Position numbers and translations under genes: made by a program | NCBI GenBank assembly: GCA_964187785.1 | Contig: OZ076409.1 | Coordinates: forward strand, 89,964,001 to 90,028,000 | Origin: Amphiscolops sp. MND2022 | Lineage: Eukaryota | DNA: 64,000 nt | Reading direction: 5' to 3' | The notes under the pieces: model-generated | Told to the model about the DNA's origin: nothing | The model's input: only the letters and a program-made list of their open reading frames with translations | Databases searched by the model: none | In this document: piece by piece, positions 62,260-64,000 of the stretch | Position numbering within the stretch: position 1 is the first letter of the stretch | Layout of the letters: every line of letters begins with the position of its first letter

Positions 62260-63470
62260 TTTGTCAATTTTTCAATGGATGTCGTGGATTAGAATGTTGA
62301 AAAGGTTCAACACAGCACTAATTCGTTGTCCAGTAGACTTTTCCCAAGAGATAATGGCTGTTTCCAAATGAAAAAATCTCAAATTGACACTGAAAATCTA
62401 AAAAAAAATCACAAAAGTTTCTAATTTTAAAAATTTTTACGCAGTTTTTGTCAAATTATTGACACACTTCGTAGATTCTTATGCTTTCAGGGGTCAACGA
62501 GGAAAAGATTGGTTGTTCATTAGTCTTTTCCGAAGAGCTTACTGCCTTTTTCAAAATGAAAAAGTCAGAAATTGACAACGAAAATGACAAAAATCCCAAA
62601 AATTTCACAATTTTCAAAACAAATTTGCCTTTTATGATAAAGTTTCCAAATTTTTGACCGACTTTGTGGATTGAACGTTCAAAAAGGTAATTCAGGAAAC
62701 AACGTATTGTCCAGTTGTCTTTTCCGAAGGTTTTATTGCAGTTTTCTAAGTGAAAATGTCTCAAACTAACAACAAAAATGACAAAAAACGGAAAAGTTTT
62801 CAAATTTCAAGATTTTTTGCTTTTTATGATAAGGTTTCGAGAGACTTCGTGGATTGGAAACTTTTTAGGAGTCCACAGGGTTGGTTGTCCAGTAGTCTAT
62901 TATCAAAAGATAATTGCAATGTTCTGAACGGAAATGTCTCAAATTGACACCAAAAACGACAAAAATCTCTAAATTATCTAGATTTCAAAAAAATTATGCG
63001 TTTTCCCCAAATTTTGAACAGACTTTGTGGATTGGAATGCTGAAAACGTTCGTCGACGTGAGAATTTGTTGTCCAATAGTCTTGTTTAAAGAGATAACTG
63101 CAGTTTTCTGGATGAAAAATGTCTCAAATTGAAACCGAAAATGACAAAAAACCCGAAACTTTTCAATTTTCATGGTTTTTATGCATTTTTTTTTCAAAAT
63201 TTAGACCAACCCAACTTCGTCACCTGGAACGTTGAAAAAGGTCAACAAGGAAAAAATGTGTTGTCCAGTATGCTTAGAAAAGAGATCAATACAGTTTTTT
63301 AACCAAAACCTGTCCGAAATGGACTTCAAGAAAACATAAATTCGAAAATTTTCCGAGTTTTACTACTTTCGTTCAATTTTTGTCAAAATATCCATAGACT
63401 TCAAGATCTAGAATGTTAAAACGCCCAAAGCATAAGCAATTTTGTTGTTTCGGTGAGCTTTCGTCACAAG
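62260..63470 (+). repeat. Degenerate ~185-bp tandem repeat (satellite-like)
   Basis: ttgtccagtag-type motif at ~62326, 62514, 62708, 62885, 63069 and 63261, with shared gtggatt and tctcaaattgac blocks. Confidence 0.7.
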
Positions 63471-64000
63471 GTAAGTTCAAATTGTAAAAGATAAAAGCCT
63501 CGAATAGTCCTTGAACTGTCGAAATTTGTTTTGTCGTTTTTGATGCATTCTCTGTACATTTTCCGAGAGATTTTGTTCTAAGTTCCAATACAATCAACTC
63601 AACAACAAAAACAACGAGCTTTGAATGACATTTTTCAAGAGAACGTTGCAGCGTTCTGCTTCGAAAACACTTCAGAATGACTCCAAGGGAGTCGAAAAGT
63701 TTCAACATCTTCGTTCTTGTGCAACTTGTGTACTTTTTGAATAGTTTTGAGTCAGAATGTTGGCAAACGTCCAACAAAAACTGAAATCATAATCCAGAAG
63801 GCTTTTAAAGGAATATTTGCAGTCTTCTATTGGAAAATGGCTCACAATTGACTGTAAAAAGTCGAGGAGATCGAAATTTTTGTCGATTTCAGAGATTTCC
63901 AGTGAATTTTGGTTTGAGATGATAAAACTAGCTCCGAAGCACATTTTCCAGAAAAATGCCCAATTTATGGTAGAAAGTATCCTCAGAATGAACCAAATAT

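Overview
AT-rich, repeat-dense eukaryotic (invertebrate metazoan-like) genomic DNA with one 200-N gap (19520-19719). Host genes: an intronless 2'-5'-oligoadenylate-synthetase-like nucleotidyltransferase (36784-38133) and four exons of a FAM81-family gene (51950-61608). Mobile DNA: degraded LINE copies, a degraded zinc-finger/hAT-like remnant, a non-autonomous LTR element with 2039-bp LTRs and an ACCCT TSD (12650-18184), a damaged minus-strand Ty3/Gypsy whose leader and gag start are tandemly amplified four times (19720-35568), a young Mag-like Gypsy with apparently identical LTRs inside a FAM81 intron (54003-60210), a Tc1 remnant, Helentron-type non-autonomous elements, MITEs and a ~185-bp degenerate satellite. 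Most notable: (1) a hAT-type TIR element interrupts FAM81 coding sequence, and the excision that best restores the protein has non-canonical GG...AG boundaries, suggesting a transposon-born intron; (2) the young Gypsy carries a 163-bp inverted copy of its own integrase (a possible self-silencing hairpin) and a WLDD RT motif; (3) the OAS-like gene has an unexplained C-terminal extension and a MITE abutting its TATA region. All calls were made by eye; no database searches were run.
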